Of a stretch of DNA of 64,000 nucleotides, positions 12,636-25,844 are shown piece after piece. Origin of the DNA: Sphagnum compactum (taxonomy: Eukaryota). A program made the translations under genes and the position numbers. The stretch is taken from the NCBI GenBank assembly GCA_965153455.1, contig OZ234493.1, positions 22,620,213 to 22,684,212 on the forward strand, written 5' to 3'. Under the pieces are notes generated by a model. It saw only the letters and a list, made by a program, of their open reading frames with translations. It was not told where the DNA came from and ran no database searches. Numbering within the stretch: the first letter of the stretch is position 1; each line of letters begins with the position of its first letter.

Positions 12636-14682
12636 ATGGGAGACATGGGTGAAGATGGGAAGAAGACGAGAGATGGTTTTGCACATGGAGGAGTGTATGA
12701 GGATGGGGCTTACAAAACGCAAATTGTGAGGTTGGCGGCGGTGCAGAAACAGGCATCGAGATGTCTGCCCGTGAAGAAGATGATGAAGAAGAAGAAGCGT
12801 CATGGAGTGCGAGTAGTAGGGCAGCAGCAGCAGCAGCAGCAGCAGATTTCTTCGAATTCGCCTCCGAAACCGCTGCTGATAGCGGTGCCCAAGGCGGAGG
12901 GGAAGTACCCCGTGGTGCAGTTTCACCATGGTTTCACTCTGCAGAACAATTTCTACAGCCAGCTCATTGCGCATCTCGCTTCCCATGGTTTCATTGTTGT
13001 TGCTCCTCAGGTAAACACAAAACTCTACCTTCTTCTAGATTTTCCTTTCTTTTCTTTTCTCCTCTTCTCTTCCTCTCAGAGAAATCTCTCTCACCTCTCA
13101 ACAACAATTGAAGCTCCCATGGTTTTGAGCATGATCTTCTTCCAACCTCTTGGTGGTCGGTCAGTTGGTTGGCTTTCCATCTTTGAAGGATTGAGAGATT
13201 TTGCTTGCTTGCTTGCTGGGTTGGGTTGGGTTGGGTTTTTATTCTGCAAAATGCATCAGGGTATTGATTTTGCAAAATTCATTTCAGGATTTTGCAGAGA
13301 AATCCGCCCCCCCCCCCAACCCTAATTCTGAGATGAAGTGGTGTTTGTTATGAGACCAGATGTACACTATATCAGGCTCAGATACGACCAGGGAAATTGA
13401 GGATGCTGCTGCAATACTAAACTGGATGCCAACCGGTCTCGAATCTGCATTGCTCTCTGACTTCCCAAACATAAAACCAGATTTCTCAAAAGTGGCACTA
13501 GCAGGACACAGTCGAGGGGGTAAAGTTGTGTTTGGTCTTGGTCTTGGTGTTCGCAAGAGTGTTTTGCAGTACTCAGCGATTGTTGCATTGGATCCTGTTG
13601 ACGGAACTGCAAAAGACAGACAAACACAACCACCGATACTTCGATTCTCACAACACTCCTTGGATCTGGGTGGTGTTCCAACACTGATTGTTGGATCAGG
13701 GTTAGGATCTAAGAAAAGCTACTTCTTTCCTCCCTGTGCACCAGATGGTGTTAGCCATCAAGAATTTTTCTTTGACAGCTCTGCTCCTGCATTCCACTTT
13801 GTGGCCAAAGAGTATGGGCACATGGACTTTCTGGATGATGATTGTAAAGGAGCGCAAGGGACACTCTCATACTGCGTTTGTAAGAATGGCCCATCGAGGA
13901 CACCAATGCGACGCTTTGCAGGTGCAGTTCTTGTTTGCTTTTGTTGTTGAATGATCTATTCAGATCTTTCTCCTTCTGCATTTTCCCAGAAATCTCCATC
14001 TTCAACCAACATGGTCTTCTTCTTTTTCTTCTTCTTTGGGTGCCTGCCTAATTGTGGCTGTGAAGTCCTGATGAGGATATTGAATGACAGTCCCTAATAT
14101 CTGTGTGTTGCAGGTGGTATTCTTGCTGCCTTTCTTCAAGCAGCTTTACTCAATAACACTACTTCTTTTGATGCTGCACTTGCACATCCTGAGTTGGCAC
14201 CTGTGCTTTTGGAGCCTCCTGAGAGCTATGGAAAACTGCCCCAGAATCTGGTGAGCTCTAACTTCCTCACAGCTGATTTCATCGTTGGAACTGATCCATC
14301 AAATGGCTACTTAAGAGGATTTTAACTGTCAAGAATGGGTGTAGACAACAGCACATGCCCGGATCTTGGTTTGCTTTCACATCTTGTAGTAGTTCATGTA
14401 TCATCAGACTAAGCAAGCCAGTGGTGGCATTCAAGCTTGCACCTATAAAATGCATGACTGGTTGTATGTCCTGTGTTAGGAAAACTCCCCTCTCACATGG
14501 AAAGAAGTTATCTTCTTCTGTGGGAGTGCTTTGCAGGCACTTTCTGATTGTATTGTGTCTATCAATGTCCGGTCTCATCCTATTCTGTTGCTTTGCATGA
14601 TGTGCAGAATTGGCAATTGCCATTTTCAAGGATGAACGAGGAGAACCAAAGTCAACTTGTGAAATCGGCCCATCAGGATTAG
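12636..14682 (+). CDS. CLH: Chlorophyllase (alpha/beta hydrolase)
   Basis: Exons 12636-13010, 13360-13921, 14114-14250 and probably 14608-14682; read-through of the donor at 14251 gives a stop at 14325 instead. Motifs PPKPLLI, YPVVQFHHGF, HLASHGFIVVAPQ, GHSRGGK (catalytic Ser), DPVDG, PPCAPDGVSH, YGHMDFLDD. The start could also be 12645. Confidence 0.9.
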
Positions 14683-15269
14683 GAACATATTTTGCTGCAT
14701 TCTGTTTACATGGAATTCTCCTTGTTACAGTGTGAACAGCACCAAGGAAAACAGGGATTCTAATACAAAGGCAACCATGCAACTTCTTCTAAAATGGTTT
14801 CTTGTGAACTGTATATAAATAATAAAGTGCACAACAAAAGTGCCCAAATGGATTTGCCAGTAGGAAGTGATGATGGTTGCTATGTATAGTCCTTGTTTGA
14901 AAGGATAGGAAGACATGAAACAGAAATTATGAAATGCAAATTGCTTGTTACCATTGCAGCCTGGAAAAGTACACAAAATTGCACAGTTGAAAAAAATAAT
15001 ATCCTAAAATACTTTTCAATTTATGTCGGATCTGGTTGATCTAATGGGAAATTGAGCAACAGCAAAAAATTGATTTACTATATCACCTAATATTTGTTCT
15101 TCAACAATTTCTCTGTGCTCCAAGTCCCCACACAGAGCTCAACAACAACAATGTGCAAATGGGTGGAAACTGTTCAAGGACAGAGAAGCACCAAAGAATG
15201 CACTTGAATCACCTAATAGTTTCAGATTTTACAACACCAAAAACATGAACTTCAGTGTGGAGAAAGAGG

Positions 15270-18200
15270 TTAATCTCTACTGGGTGGACTGTGCAAAGCA
15301 TTGCTATTTTCAAGTTTGCCTGCATAGCTCCACACGTTGGTTGTTGCATCTGGAGGGATCTTCACCAAGCCTTCTTGTTTTTGCTTTGCCTCAGCAGCAG
15401 CCTCTAGCTTCTCACTAGATAGAAAATCTGCCAAGACTTGGTTAAAGTGGGGTCCTTGTATGAGTATGGTCCCTTCTGTAACATCATTTCGTGGTGTTGA
15501 ATTGAGTGTCAGGTTTGCATTCACAGTCGGTGAAGTATTTGGAGACACGTAATGGGTAGTGGTATGAGGATTACCCACATTTGGTAATTGCACAGCATAA
15601 ACTCCATTTGTCCTCTTGAGTTGGCGGGTGGTAGCGGTTCCAGATTTTGCTGATGGTGGAACTGCTGGAAAAATTGATGACATCCTGACAAGGTTATCAG
15701 CATATAGAACATCATCAATGCGTGCAATGATGGTGGACGCCAAGCTTTCCAGCACGCGTGAGTAGCTTTCCAGTATGGATTGCCCTACATCCTGCAGATG
15801 AAGTGCAGACAATCTCAATCAGTGACTGCATTGCAACCACTAGCACCGTCAGCACCTTCCAAGATGTATGAGTGCATCTACTACACCACTTTGGGGGTCA
15901 AAGACTGGCAATCAAAACTCACAGGTTTAGCGTTTAGGGCCTTACCCTGTTGTACTGAATCTTGTTCATGTCTAAAGCTGTCTGTGTCAGGCCTGGAAAA
16001 CGCTGTTTCAAGCAGAGGAGCAAACTCTCTGCTCGATCAGTGATTTGCTCACGCTTGTTCTCATCTGCAACGAAGTCTTTCATGATTCCCCAAGATGATT
16101 TTGAGGCTGGATTTGACTGCTTCGTCTGAATCTTGCGTTGCCATATGAGGAGCGCTGTCTCTAGCCGATCTGCTATTTCCAATTGACCATGCTCACTTGA
16201 GAGATCTAATGTAGATAGGAATTGTGCAGCTGAGAAATTCTCAGATGAAAGTCCTTTGTATAGAGTATCCCCAAGGCTTGCCTTTCCATTCTGCATATGA
16301 ACATATGAGGAGTTAAGGAATCAGCCAATTTGATCTACAAGATTGCACTTTGTTTTTAGAGCATCTCCTGCCTCCATCTATTGCACAGCCTACACAAAAA
16401 CCACACTTTCTAACTTTAAGTCAAAGAGACCAAAAATGAGTTGAATCACAGCCCGCACCTTCGGAAGGGAGTCCCAGTAGGCTTCAGGGACTTCCATCTC
16501 AGATAAGACCTGGCCATTGATGGCCATAGCTGCTTTGAGTATTTGGCTCATGCACTCCCTTTGATGTTGCAATTTTCTTCTCGCTTCCTCAGATAACCCA
16601 TTGACTGGAACTTTGGGAGTGGGTAGCCACCATTTCTCTTCTTGTCGTTGAAGAGAGAGCTTTGGACCCTCCCGGGTATCTCTCTCAGCCATTTCAATGC
16701 CCCGATCTACATACCAGAACTCTGTTTCTGTGTAGCCATCCAGTGAATCCTGTAACAAAAACATGCACAAATCAAATCAAATAAGCAAATTTATTCACCA
16801 AATGATGAAACATTAATTCCCAGCCCAAAAACAACTCTTGGAAAGTTAGCTCCCAGGCTCACAACCAGGATCTTGTGGAAACAAACGTACCAAGATTTTA
16901 TTTTGCTGCACACTGCAAGTGCAAAAATCACATTTTGCTTAATGCTTTTTCACAGGTGAAGCAAAATGTTGTGTAGAGTTTTGATCTGTGAACATACCAG
17001 CAGCATGGTATCCAACTTGCGCAAAGCTGGGAGATTTAGGTGAAGATCTGAGCGAGGCTGGCTCACCATCACCTGCATTAAAACATTGACAAAATGCCTC
17101 ATAATTTGCAATCCATTTAGGGTGAACACATTTCACTCCAGAAGCCAACAATGGGTGTAGTGGGAAAGGAGAGATAAAGAGACCCATGTACAGAATCATG
17201 GTGAAACGAGATGTTCATGGGTAGATGATCCTTACCTCCAACGTACTACCATCTGGAAAAGTTTGCCATGAAGGGACCAACTCTACAATGTGGTCACTGA
17301 CTGAGAGAAGCCATTCCATTTCCCTCCTCCATCTTGTACGCCGATCCTCAGCAAGTGGTTCTAACCTCTGGAGCTCACCAAATAGGGAAGCTGGCACCAC
17401 AAAAAGTTAAATCAGTTTCTTTCTTCCAATTTCGGTACGAGATCTCTTTTACAAATAGGCAGATGGATTCATGCCTGACGCATGATGTCCTTTGACAAAC
17501 AGCCTGCATAAAATGCACTGCTTTCTGCGTATATTGTTGACAGCCTTATTGCACAATGCAGAGCCTTGCCAGGGCCACTGCAAAGTGCTGCTGCACTTCA
17601 TCCATTAGCAGGGGTAGAGACAGGAGAGGTAGGTTAATCTTTCAGTAGCTGGCTAGTACTAGTGCATTGAAAGTGTTTTTCTGCTTTACCTGAGAGATTT
17701 GTAATTGCGTTGGAGATGGCTAATGCAGTACACACTCCTTTAGCACCACCAGACATGTCGTCCCCGAGGAGCAGCTTTGCAAATCTTTCCTTCATCAACT
17801 CTACCTCTGCACAGCAGCAGCAGAAACAGGTGGGGAACAAACCAAAAACACTCAGCATATACCTAGTAGTGCCACATGATTGGTAGAAATAGGAATTTCT
17901 TGGAGACATCCTTCGATGTCTACAGTCTGACCTAAGCCCACTCACCCACACACTCTTACTATCACAAGACAGAAAAAACTACCCACAGCAAAACAACACA
18001 ACATGAAGGTCATCATCAAACAGCAACTGTAGCAGAGTAAATAAGAGAAAACCAAAGAGCATCATGAGGCAATGATCATCACACAGGTACTACAGTTTAC
18101 CTTTGAGACCAACAGCAGCCCAAAGACAACAAAGTCTAGTAACATGGAAATTGTGTGATTATGATCACCAGGCATGACAATTTCACAACAGCAGCAACCA

Positions 18201-19048
18201 CCAAAAAAACATAACCTAAATTCCACCTTCCGTAAGGTTGTTGGGAATTCCTTTGGTTGTTCCTTCCAATGGGTTGTTGTTGTTGTTGTTTATCCACAAC
18301 AACCATCAATGTAGCTAGGGATTTAGAGTCTTGTATTCTGCTCTATGGAGTTCAACTTTGTGAAGAACCTTGTTGTATTACCATATGTATGATATCTATG
18401 CAGAGAAAGAAATCTCTGCAATGACAATTCAAAAGATAACAAGACGACAATCAAGTGCAGTCACAATCTTATGAGAATCAACTCACAAAGTGGCAGACCA
18501 TCACTTTCTTCATCACAAATAGCAGTGCCAAGCTGCCATGATGATGACTACCCAGTCCTTTTTTGTTTTTTATTCTGTTAACATTTTTGTGAAGCAAATG
18601 TGTTTGTGGTGATGGTACCTGAAAGTACAGTTTGTCTTTTCTCTCTCTTCTGCTCCCACATGAATGGATCTCTGCTCCTGTTGAGTTCAGAGGACGATGG
18701 CGAAGGCTCACCACTTGGGTGATCTGCTCTTCCAAGAGGCCAGCCCAAAGGTGGCGATGAGCCATCTGAAGAAGAACTAGTACTGGTACTAGTGCTAGAA
18801 CTAGTGCCACTACTACTGACCAGTGCATCCTCGGCCACCTGTGTGTTGTGCCTGAAGCTGCTTGTATCACCATCTCCCAGCAGCAGCATTTGCTCTGAGA
18901 TCAACAACCCATCTGCTGTACTGATGGTAGTGGTGATGCTGCTGATGCTTGACCTACCATCTGTACTCCGTCTTCGCTGCTCATATCGATCATCCACTGT
19001 TGTTGTTGTTGGCATGCGTCCATGTAAACCTGCTCTCATACGTCCCAT
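15270..19048 (-). CDS. ROPGEF: Rop guanine nucleotide exchange factor (PRONE domain), 7 coding exons
   Basis: Exons 18619-19048, 17690-17806, 17236-17390, 16998-17072, 16459-16749, 15946-16290, 15270-15791; phase-consistent. Motifs [99 protein letters not shown]-terminal SPPSRD. Confidence 0.95.
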
Positions 19049-19437
19049 GAAATCTGGACCACCAAGAAACAAACAAACAAGGCCACAGTAATCAATCAGA
19101 CTTCTTTGCCATCTCCTTTTGCATTGCCCCCTTCCTTCGTTCCTACACACTCTCATTTCTTGCTACAAAAACCCAAAACCCCTCCAAACTTCTTCTGCTT
19201 CTTCTTCGGCCTAGCCCAACAGGAAGAAAACTCATTAAACCCAAAAACCAAAAAGAAAAAGAACATCCAAACCCATTGACTTGCATTTTGCATTCTCGGA
19301 CCAAAATGCTGAGAGCTGGCGTCTTCTGTCTCACCACCCAAATGTCTCTCTCCAAACACAAGAATATCATAACATGTGACAATGCTTGCCAAAACCCACT
19401 GTCAGTCAACAAGCAGGAAAAAAGGGAAAAGGAAAAA

Positions 19438-19440
<3 letters not shown>

Positions 19441-19482
<42 letters not shown>
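19441..19482. repeat. (AG)n microsatellite in RopGEF 5' region
   Basis: About 21 AG units, directly visible. Confidence 0.9.
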
Positions 19483-19483
<1 letters not shown>

Positions 19484-19858
19484 AGCTGGAGTTGTCTGTT
19501 CCCATTAGGTATTATTACCTTTGGACCCCATTCCCTGCTGCTGCTGCGCGCCTACATGCTTCATTCACCAGACTTCTTTCCAAGGAATGCTGCTAGCTTC
19601 CACCCACACCACCTGCTCACCAAAACCGACGACGACGACGACCTCCACCGCCTTTCTTTCGCTATTGTAGTAACTTCTGGAAACCAACTTCTTCTTCTTC
19701 AAAAAAAAAAATTCCTTCAACAGCAGCAGCAAAAGCAAACGCAGCAGCTCAGAAAGACGCGGGCGAGAGAGGGAGGGAGAGAGAGACAAGAGAGCGGTCG
19801 CGAAGGAAACTCGCTCCTCTGTCTAGAGCGTTATCGCCAACGACCACAGCGAGCAGAC

Positions 19859-20196
19859 AGCCGAACAGTCCCACAAAGCGCCGAACAGCGGCCGCAAACA
19901 GCAGAACAGAACTCCCAAAGCGTCTAACAGAGATTCCAAAGAGCCGAACAGAGGCCCCAAAGAACTGAACAGAGACCCCCAGAGAACCGAACAGAGGCCC
20001 CAAAGAAGAGTCCCTTAACAGCCACCAGAGGCCCCCCAAAGAGCCGAACAGAGACCTCGAAGAGCTAGAAAGGGGGGAACCAAAGAGTCGAACGCAGACC
20101 TCGAAGAGCTGGACAAAGGCCCCAAAGGCTCAAACAGAGACCTCAAAGAGCCGAACAGACGCCCCCAAAGAATCCAACAGAGGTCCCAAACAGCCG
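19859..20196. repeat. ~21 bp minisatellite, ~15 degenerate units
   Basis: Consensus ccgaacagagRccccaaagag repeated from ~19859 to ~20196. Confidence 0.8.
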
Positions 20197-23100
20197 ATTT
20201 TGCGCCGCTGGTGGAGGACCCACCGCGCCCCCATCCAGAAAAAGGCCGAAAGGGGGACCAGAGAAACGGGGTTCTAATAAAGCAAAAACCCCTAAGGCCT
20301 ATAATTATAGGCCCCCAAAAAAGGCCTCTAGCCTATAAATTTAGGCCGGAAAAAACCGCCTAGCCTATAATTAGGCTGCAAAGGTGTGGTCATGGAAAGT
20401 ACGTGCAAGGGAATGGTTCTTTTCTTGCTGGCTTTGGGCGCTAAAAAGCTGCAAGGGTTTGACCTTGTACATTTAATACTTATGTCATTATTATTATTAT
20501 TTTAAATTAAATTATTATTATTTTTAATTTAATGTAATAATAATAATAATATTTTTATTTTTTATTTTTTAAATTTTATATTTATTGGGGGAAGGGTGGG
20601 TTTGTTAGGGAGAATATGAAACCCATAATTGAACTTTTAATTTATAGATATTTTTTCAGTTTTTTTACATGTTTTTTTCATTTGTGACCCTTTCTTCCTT
20701 TTTTTCTCTCTAAGTCTCCACCATCCAAACTCTAAACAATTTTCTTCATCCAATTTCAATTCTCATGCCTTGAAATTCGGATGATAATAATTAGGGGTGG
20801 GTATATGTATACCTAGTGTATATAACTTATGGCAAATATAAATATAATCTATTCAACAAATGGGGGTCCCCCCCCCCCCCTCCCCCCCAACCCCAAAATA
20901 CATGTAAGTTCCAGCACACACTAATGGAATAATAATGAGGGGGGGCTTCTTTCTTTCACACACTGAAAATGCTAGAGGAACCAAAAATAAAATAAAAGAA
21001 CACCCATTTGCTTAAATTAGGTGAGGAGGTCATGAGGACACTTTCTCTATGTGAGAGAACCACCCAATTTCTCAAACCCTAAAAAATAAATTAGGAAGAA
21101 ACAAATGAACTTTGGGTGCTCCTTTTAGAGACTCCTCGTAACTCATTTTTAGGGTTAGGAATTTGTTTGTTTGTTTGTTGTCCAAGGAGAAAAACATGCA
21201 TCATTAGGTGTGGGAGTATCAAACTTGAAGGTTTCTAAATCTTGAAGGTTTGGGGTTTTGGGTGGATTCATGACTAGGTTCACTTCATAAACTTGGGAGG
21301 AATAGGAGGGTTTAGGGTTTAGGAACCATTCCATTTGATCTTACACTTTACAATTGCATACTCACACTCCCAAACTTCATAAAGACAATGAATGGCATAT
21401 TCACACTCACAAAGTTTGTAAGTAAAGGCCCCCTTAATGGGTACCCCCCGCCCCGTAAGAAGAAGGGGTGATAACCCTTCATTGACCACTAAATGCATTG
21501 CCCGTTGTGGAGGTCAACTCATAATACAATTGGTCAGATTATGAAAATTTAGGGGTTAAGTTTAACACCATCACTTGGGTTTTTTTATTTTGCAAAGTAG
21601 ATTTTTACAAATTTGAAAAAATATTTAGAATATTTTTTAAAAAATTAAAAAATATTTAAACCCTAAACCCGAAACAACATAAGGCTGGGTACAATCACTA
21701 CTCCCCGCCTTGAGTTCGTTTGTGACTAGTGCATGTCAGAATCTCATTCTCTCTTATATGTGCTGACATACTCTGGGAAAGCCATTGTTGTTTGTGAGTG
21801 CATTTGTGCAAGTCTCTTATTGTGAAAAAAGTGGGGATTGATAATAAGTCTCTTACATCTCAATGATGTCTCTTACAATTCTAAAGTCTCTTTTCTTATT
21901 ATTATACTCCCTCTCTCTGCACTAAGTACAATTCCATTCATGTATTCAGACAATTATTGGCTTGTGTGGTAAGTAAATAAGTGTGTCTGTGTGTGTGTGT
22001 GTTTCTTTGTATGTTTTGTGTAGTGACTTTAACACATGTTTGTTCGAAGAATTGATTTAATCTTCAGTTTTCCATGTTGAAAATAGCATATTCCAGAAAA
22101 AGATTCTTCATTTTTTCCTTCACAAAACTTTTGTTCTTCAATGATTGAAAAAAAAAAAAAGGAAAAAAAGAGAAAAAGAACTAGTTGTTGAAAAATTTCA
22201 TCGTTTCAACAAATAATTAAGAAGAGAGTACAATTTCTAACATTTTGTTTAAAGCTGTCAATGGTATTCATTTGATCTGCCAGTGTTGTTGGCCAGGCTT
22301 TTTCATTTTAATATATCAGATTGGTCAGGGCAGTCCCTTGGTTTTTTTTTTTTTTTTTTTTTTTGGGTTTTTATAAATTATTTATTTATTTATTTATATT
22401 TTTATTAATAATTTTTATAATAAAATTTTAAGTCTAATTTTACTTTAAAATTATAATAATTTTAAATTTATTTTATGGGTATGGTGAATTTTTTTAATTT
22501 AGTGATTTATTTATTTTTAGGGTTTTGTTTTTGGGGAAAACCATGTTTTTTTTTTGGGGTGTAAAATGTGTCTGTTTCAGCAACAATTCACCACTTTTGC
22601 TATTACGATCAATTGATTAATTGATGAAAAAAATGAATTGATTTTCTGAAAATTAAGTTCCATTCAAATGAAAATATTAAATGACATTGCATGCAACCAA
22701 TGTCCTTTTTTTGAATTGCCAACATCCTTTTGGTTCATTTCTTTTGCCAAAGGTTGATAAAATTGCTGAAATGAAGCTAAAATGGTGTGGATTAGAGGTT
22801 TTTTTTCATTTTCTTGGTATCAAAATTTTGGCAGATTTTAACCAGAAATTTAGCAAAATTAGTCAAATTTACACCTAGAAAAGCCAAAAAAAAAAAATCC
22901 CAATTTCTGGGTCAATATATGGCAAAATTTTACCGTTAAAAAAAACCCATTGGTGTCGATCCAAAAAAATTACATTTGTCAAGCTTCCAATATATAACCA
23001 TGATAATGATAGAGGTACTCAAAAAATTTATTTAAAAGTCCCAAATTTCTTTGGATCCATGTCAATTATGTTTTAATAACATTCAAAATATTTCCAATGG

Positions 23101-25518
23101 TTTCATAAAAGGTCATCAACAATTTTCAATGTTTCCATAACATTTCCCCCAACATACTTGACTTTGTTAGGCTCTTAGATGATATGGGTAACTAGTAACT
23201 ATGGGTCTTCAATGTTGATGTGTTCATCAACAAATTTCTTGTGAGGAGTTAGTTGTGAAGAAATTTTGAAATTTTGTCATTCTCTTGGGAAATGTGCAAA
23301 TGTTACAAGTCAATCTTGTTGTGTTATGTACAAACCTTGTTGTCCTAAATTCTAATTACTATGGAAGACTAGGTTATGCACAAACTTCAAAGGATTTTTG
23401 AATTTGGGGAATGAATGAAAGTAGTGGTTGTATAACAAACACATTGAATATATTCTCCAACTTTAGCCTACCTTGGGACTCCTTAATACCAACTCAGGCT
23501 TGACTTTGTACACTCTTTAAAGCATTACATATCATAATAATATAATGTGCAATCTATAGCCTTATACTCAAGGTCTTTACACTATTGACTTTTGAAGAAT
23601 GAAGTGGGCACAATTTCCTTATTGTATTTGGAGGGCACCTTACATCCATGAATATTTCCCCCTATCAAAGAGATGGGTTGTACCCCTACTCCTTAGGATT
23701 GGATTGAAAATTATGCCTACTTTTTAGAGTTGTTAGGGTTTTTATTGTAGGGTTTTCTTGACATGTTTGTTGAAGACATAGATCTAGAAGCAACTAATGG
23801 AGTTCAAAGCATGATGAATCACCATCCTTCTCCACAATTTAAACACAAATAAGAAAGTCAAGTATAACCCTAAACCAACTCTTTTAGCACTTTATAAGTA
23901 GACTTGCTTAAGGAAAAAATTAAAATTAAAATAAAAATACGACAAGTAAAAAAATAGGGTTTTTGTTTTTGTGATATTAAAATATTTGGAACATCTTTCA
24001 CCATTGTTCTAGGTGGACGTGTAGTTTTTCTTAGCATATAATTGATGAAAATGTTCACCAACAAATATGAATGGGTTTGGTCATAATTATAGTTTTTGGT
24101 TTTAAAAAAGAAAGCTTTTTAAAAAACTTATGGGAGCTTTGTATGAGGGTCTATTGCCAATACTTGCCACACTTCATTTGATGTGGTTGTTTTGAGGTAT
24201 TTTTAAGTCAAATATTTGAGTGGGTTATTTTGTTAATTCTATTTTGCATACTTTTCAAACTTCAAAGTCTAATTGATGAAACCAAACAACAACCTTTCAA
24301 TTTCATAAATGTTACATTTTTTGGTTGATTTTTTTTTTTTAAATTAGAAAAACTAGTTTAAAGGTTGTTCATATAGTACGCTATAATGAACAACTCCAAA
24401 AATACATATTAAAGACACAAATTAAAGACACATAGCCTTAAGGTTGCTATTTTATGAGCATCTAACCTGGTCATTGTGAGTGCCATATTAAGACGCATGC
24501 ATTAGCATCACGTGGAAAGTCTTTTTTTTAAATTATTATCAACAAAGCATTGGATCCAACCTCGGGTAGCACTTTGGCCATGTCTAGCCTTGCTATCTCC
24601 TTATTTTAGTTGAAATTAGTCTGATAACTAAAGCTTCAAATGGAGATAAAAATGAGTGTAGGAAGAGGGCTTAGGCTCTTAAGGGTGACAACAACCTCTT
24701 CTTTTTTGGTGCAAAATTTTATGTATCAAATTCAATAATTTTATAAAAATTCCAAAATTTGAAAAACAATTCCAAAAAAAAAATCCTTAAAATCACAAGA
24801 TTTCCATACATGGTTCAAGTAGGTAGCAAAAAATATATAAACAACCCTGCCTCGAGTTTTACCCTAGTACACATATTCTAAAGGAAAATAAAAGAAATTT
24901 CCCCTTGCTTCTCAAGACACCAAAATGAAGGTTACTTACAGGTTTTTTTTTTCCTTCGAATTCATTATGTAAGTGCATTGGCGAGGATCCCCAGCACTAA
25001 TTAGCATTAAATGGCAAATTGTCCTAGGTGGGCTATAGCCTTTTTTTACAAAAATGCCACAACAAGTGACGACGTTGGAAATGCCTAGACTAGATATGGC
25101 TAATGTACTTATTTTTTTATTTCCAAAAAAATGGTGAAAAGCCCACTAAGAATCACAAATTATTATTTTTTGTTTTTATTATTAATTTTTACATCCTTGA
25201 ATGAATGCATTATGGAAGTCAGGTGATGATGAGTCATGACATACAGATCTCCTTATTTGGAATCATAATGAAACCACAGAATTAACCAGGGTTTAAAAAA
25301 AAAACTAAAGACCACAGTAATCATCAATAATGCACTAACCACACCTGCCAAGTTCATAACAATTTGTTGATTCGCCACTCCGCGCCGGGGGTTTACATGA
25401 TCTTTCTCTTTGATGTTCTCCTTGGATACGCCCACTTAGCTTGCGAGAACATAAATGGCGTCATTGGCACTATTGTGCATCCGGCCATAGTCATAAAGGC
25501 AAAGATCAATTATTTTGT

Positions 25519-25844
25519 CAACAAGCATGGAAGGCTAATAATCATAACATTGTTTATGTTTTTTTGGATGAATTTTGTGATGTTGTCGTCACAATGGTGA
25601 TCGTCCATAGGAAGATTTAGCCATAAACAAGATATTAAATAATCTTCTATATTTTTTTTTGGCTACCTACTTGACTGAACCAACAAGCATGGAAGGCTAA
25701 TAATCATAACATTGTTTATGTTTTTATGGATGAATTTTGTGATGTTGTCGTCACAATGGTGATCGTCCATAGAGAAGATTTAGCCATAAACAAGATATTA
25801 AATAACCTTGTATATAAATTTTTGGCTACCTACTTGAACGAACC
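25519..25844. repeat. Tandem duplication, 2 x ~162 bp
   Basis: caacaagcatggaaggctaataatcataacattg...ttttggctacctacttga starts at 25519 and again at 25681. Confidence 0.9.

Noticed and set aside
19143-20039. ORFs of 74-183 aa upstream of RopGEF
   Set aside because: Produced by (AG)n, (CAG)n and minisatellite low-complexity sequence; no protein signature.
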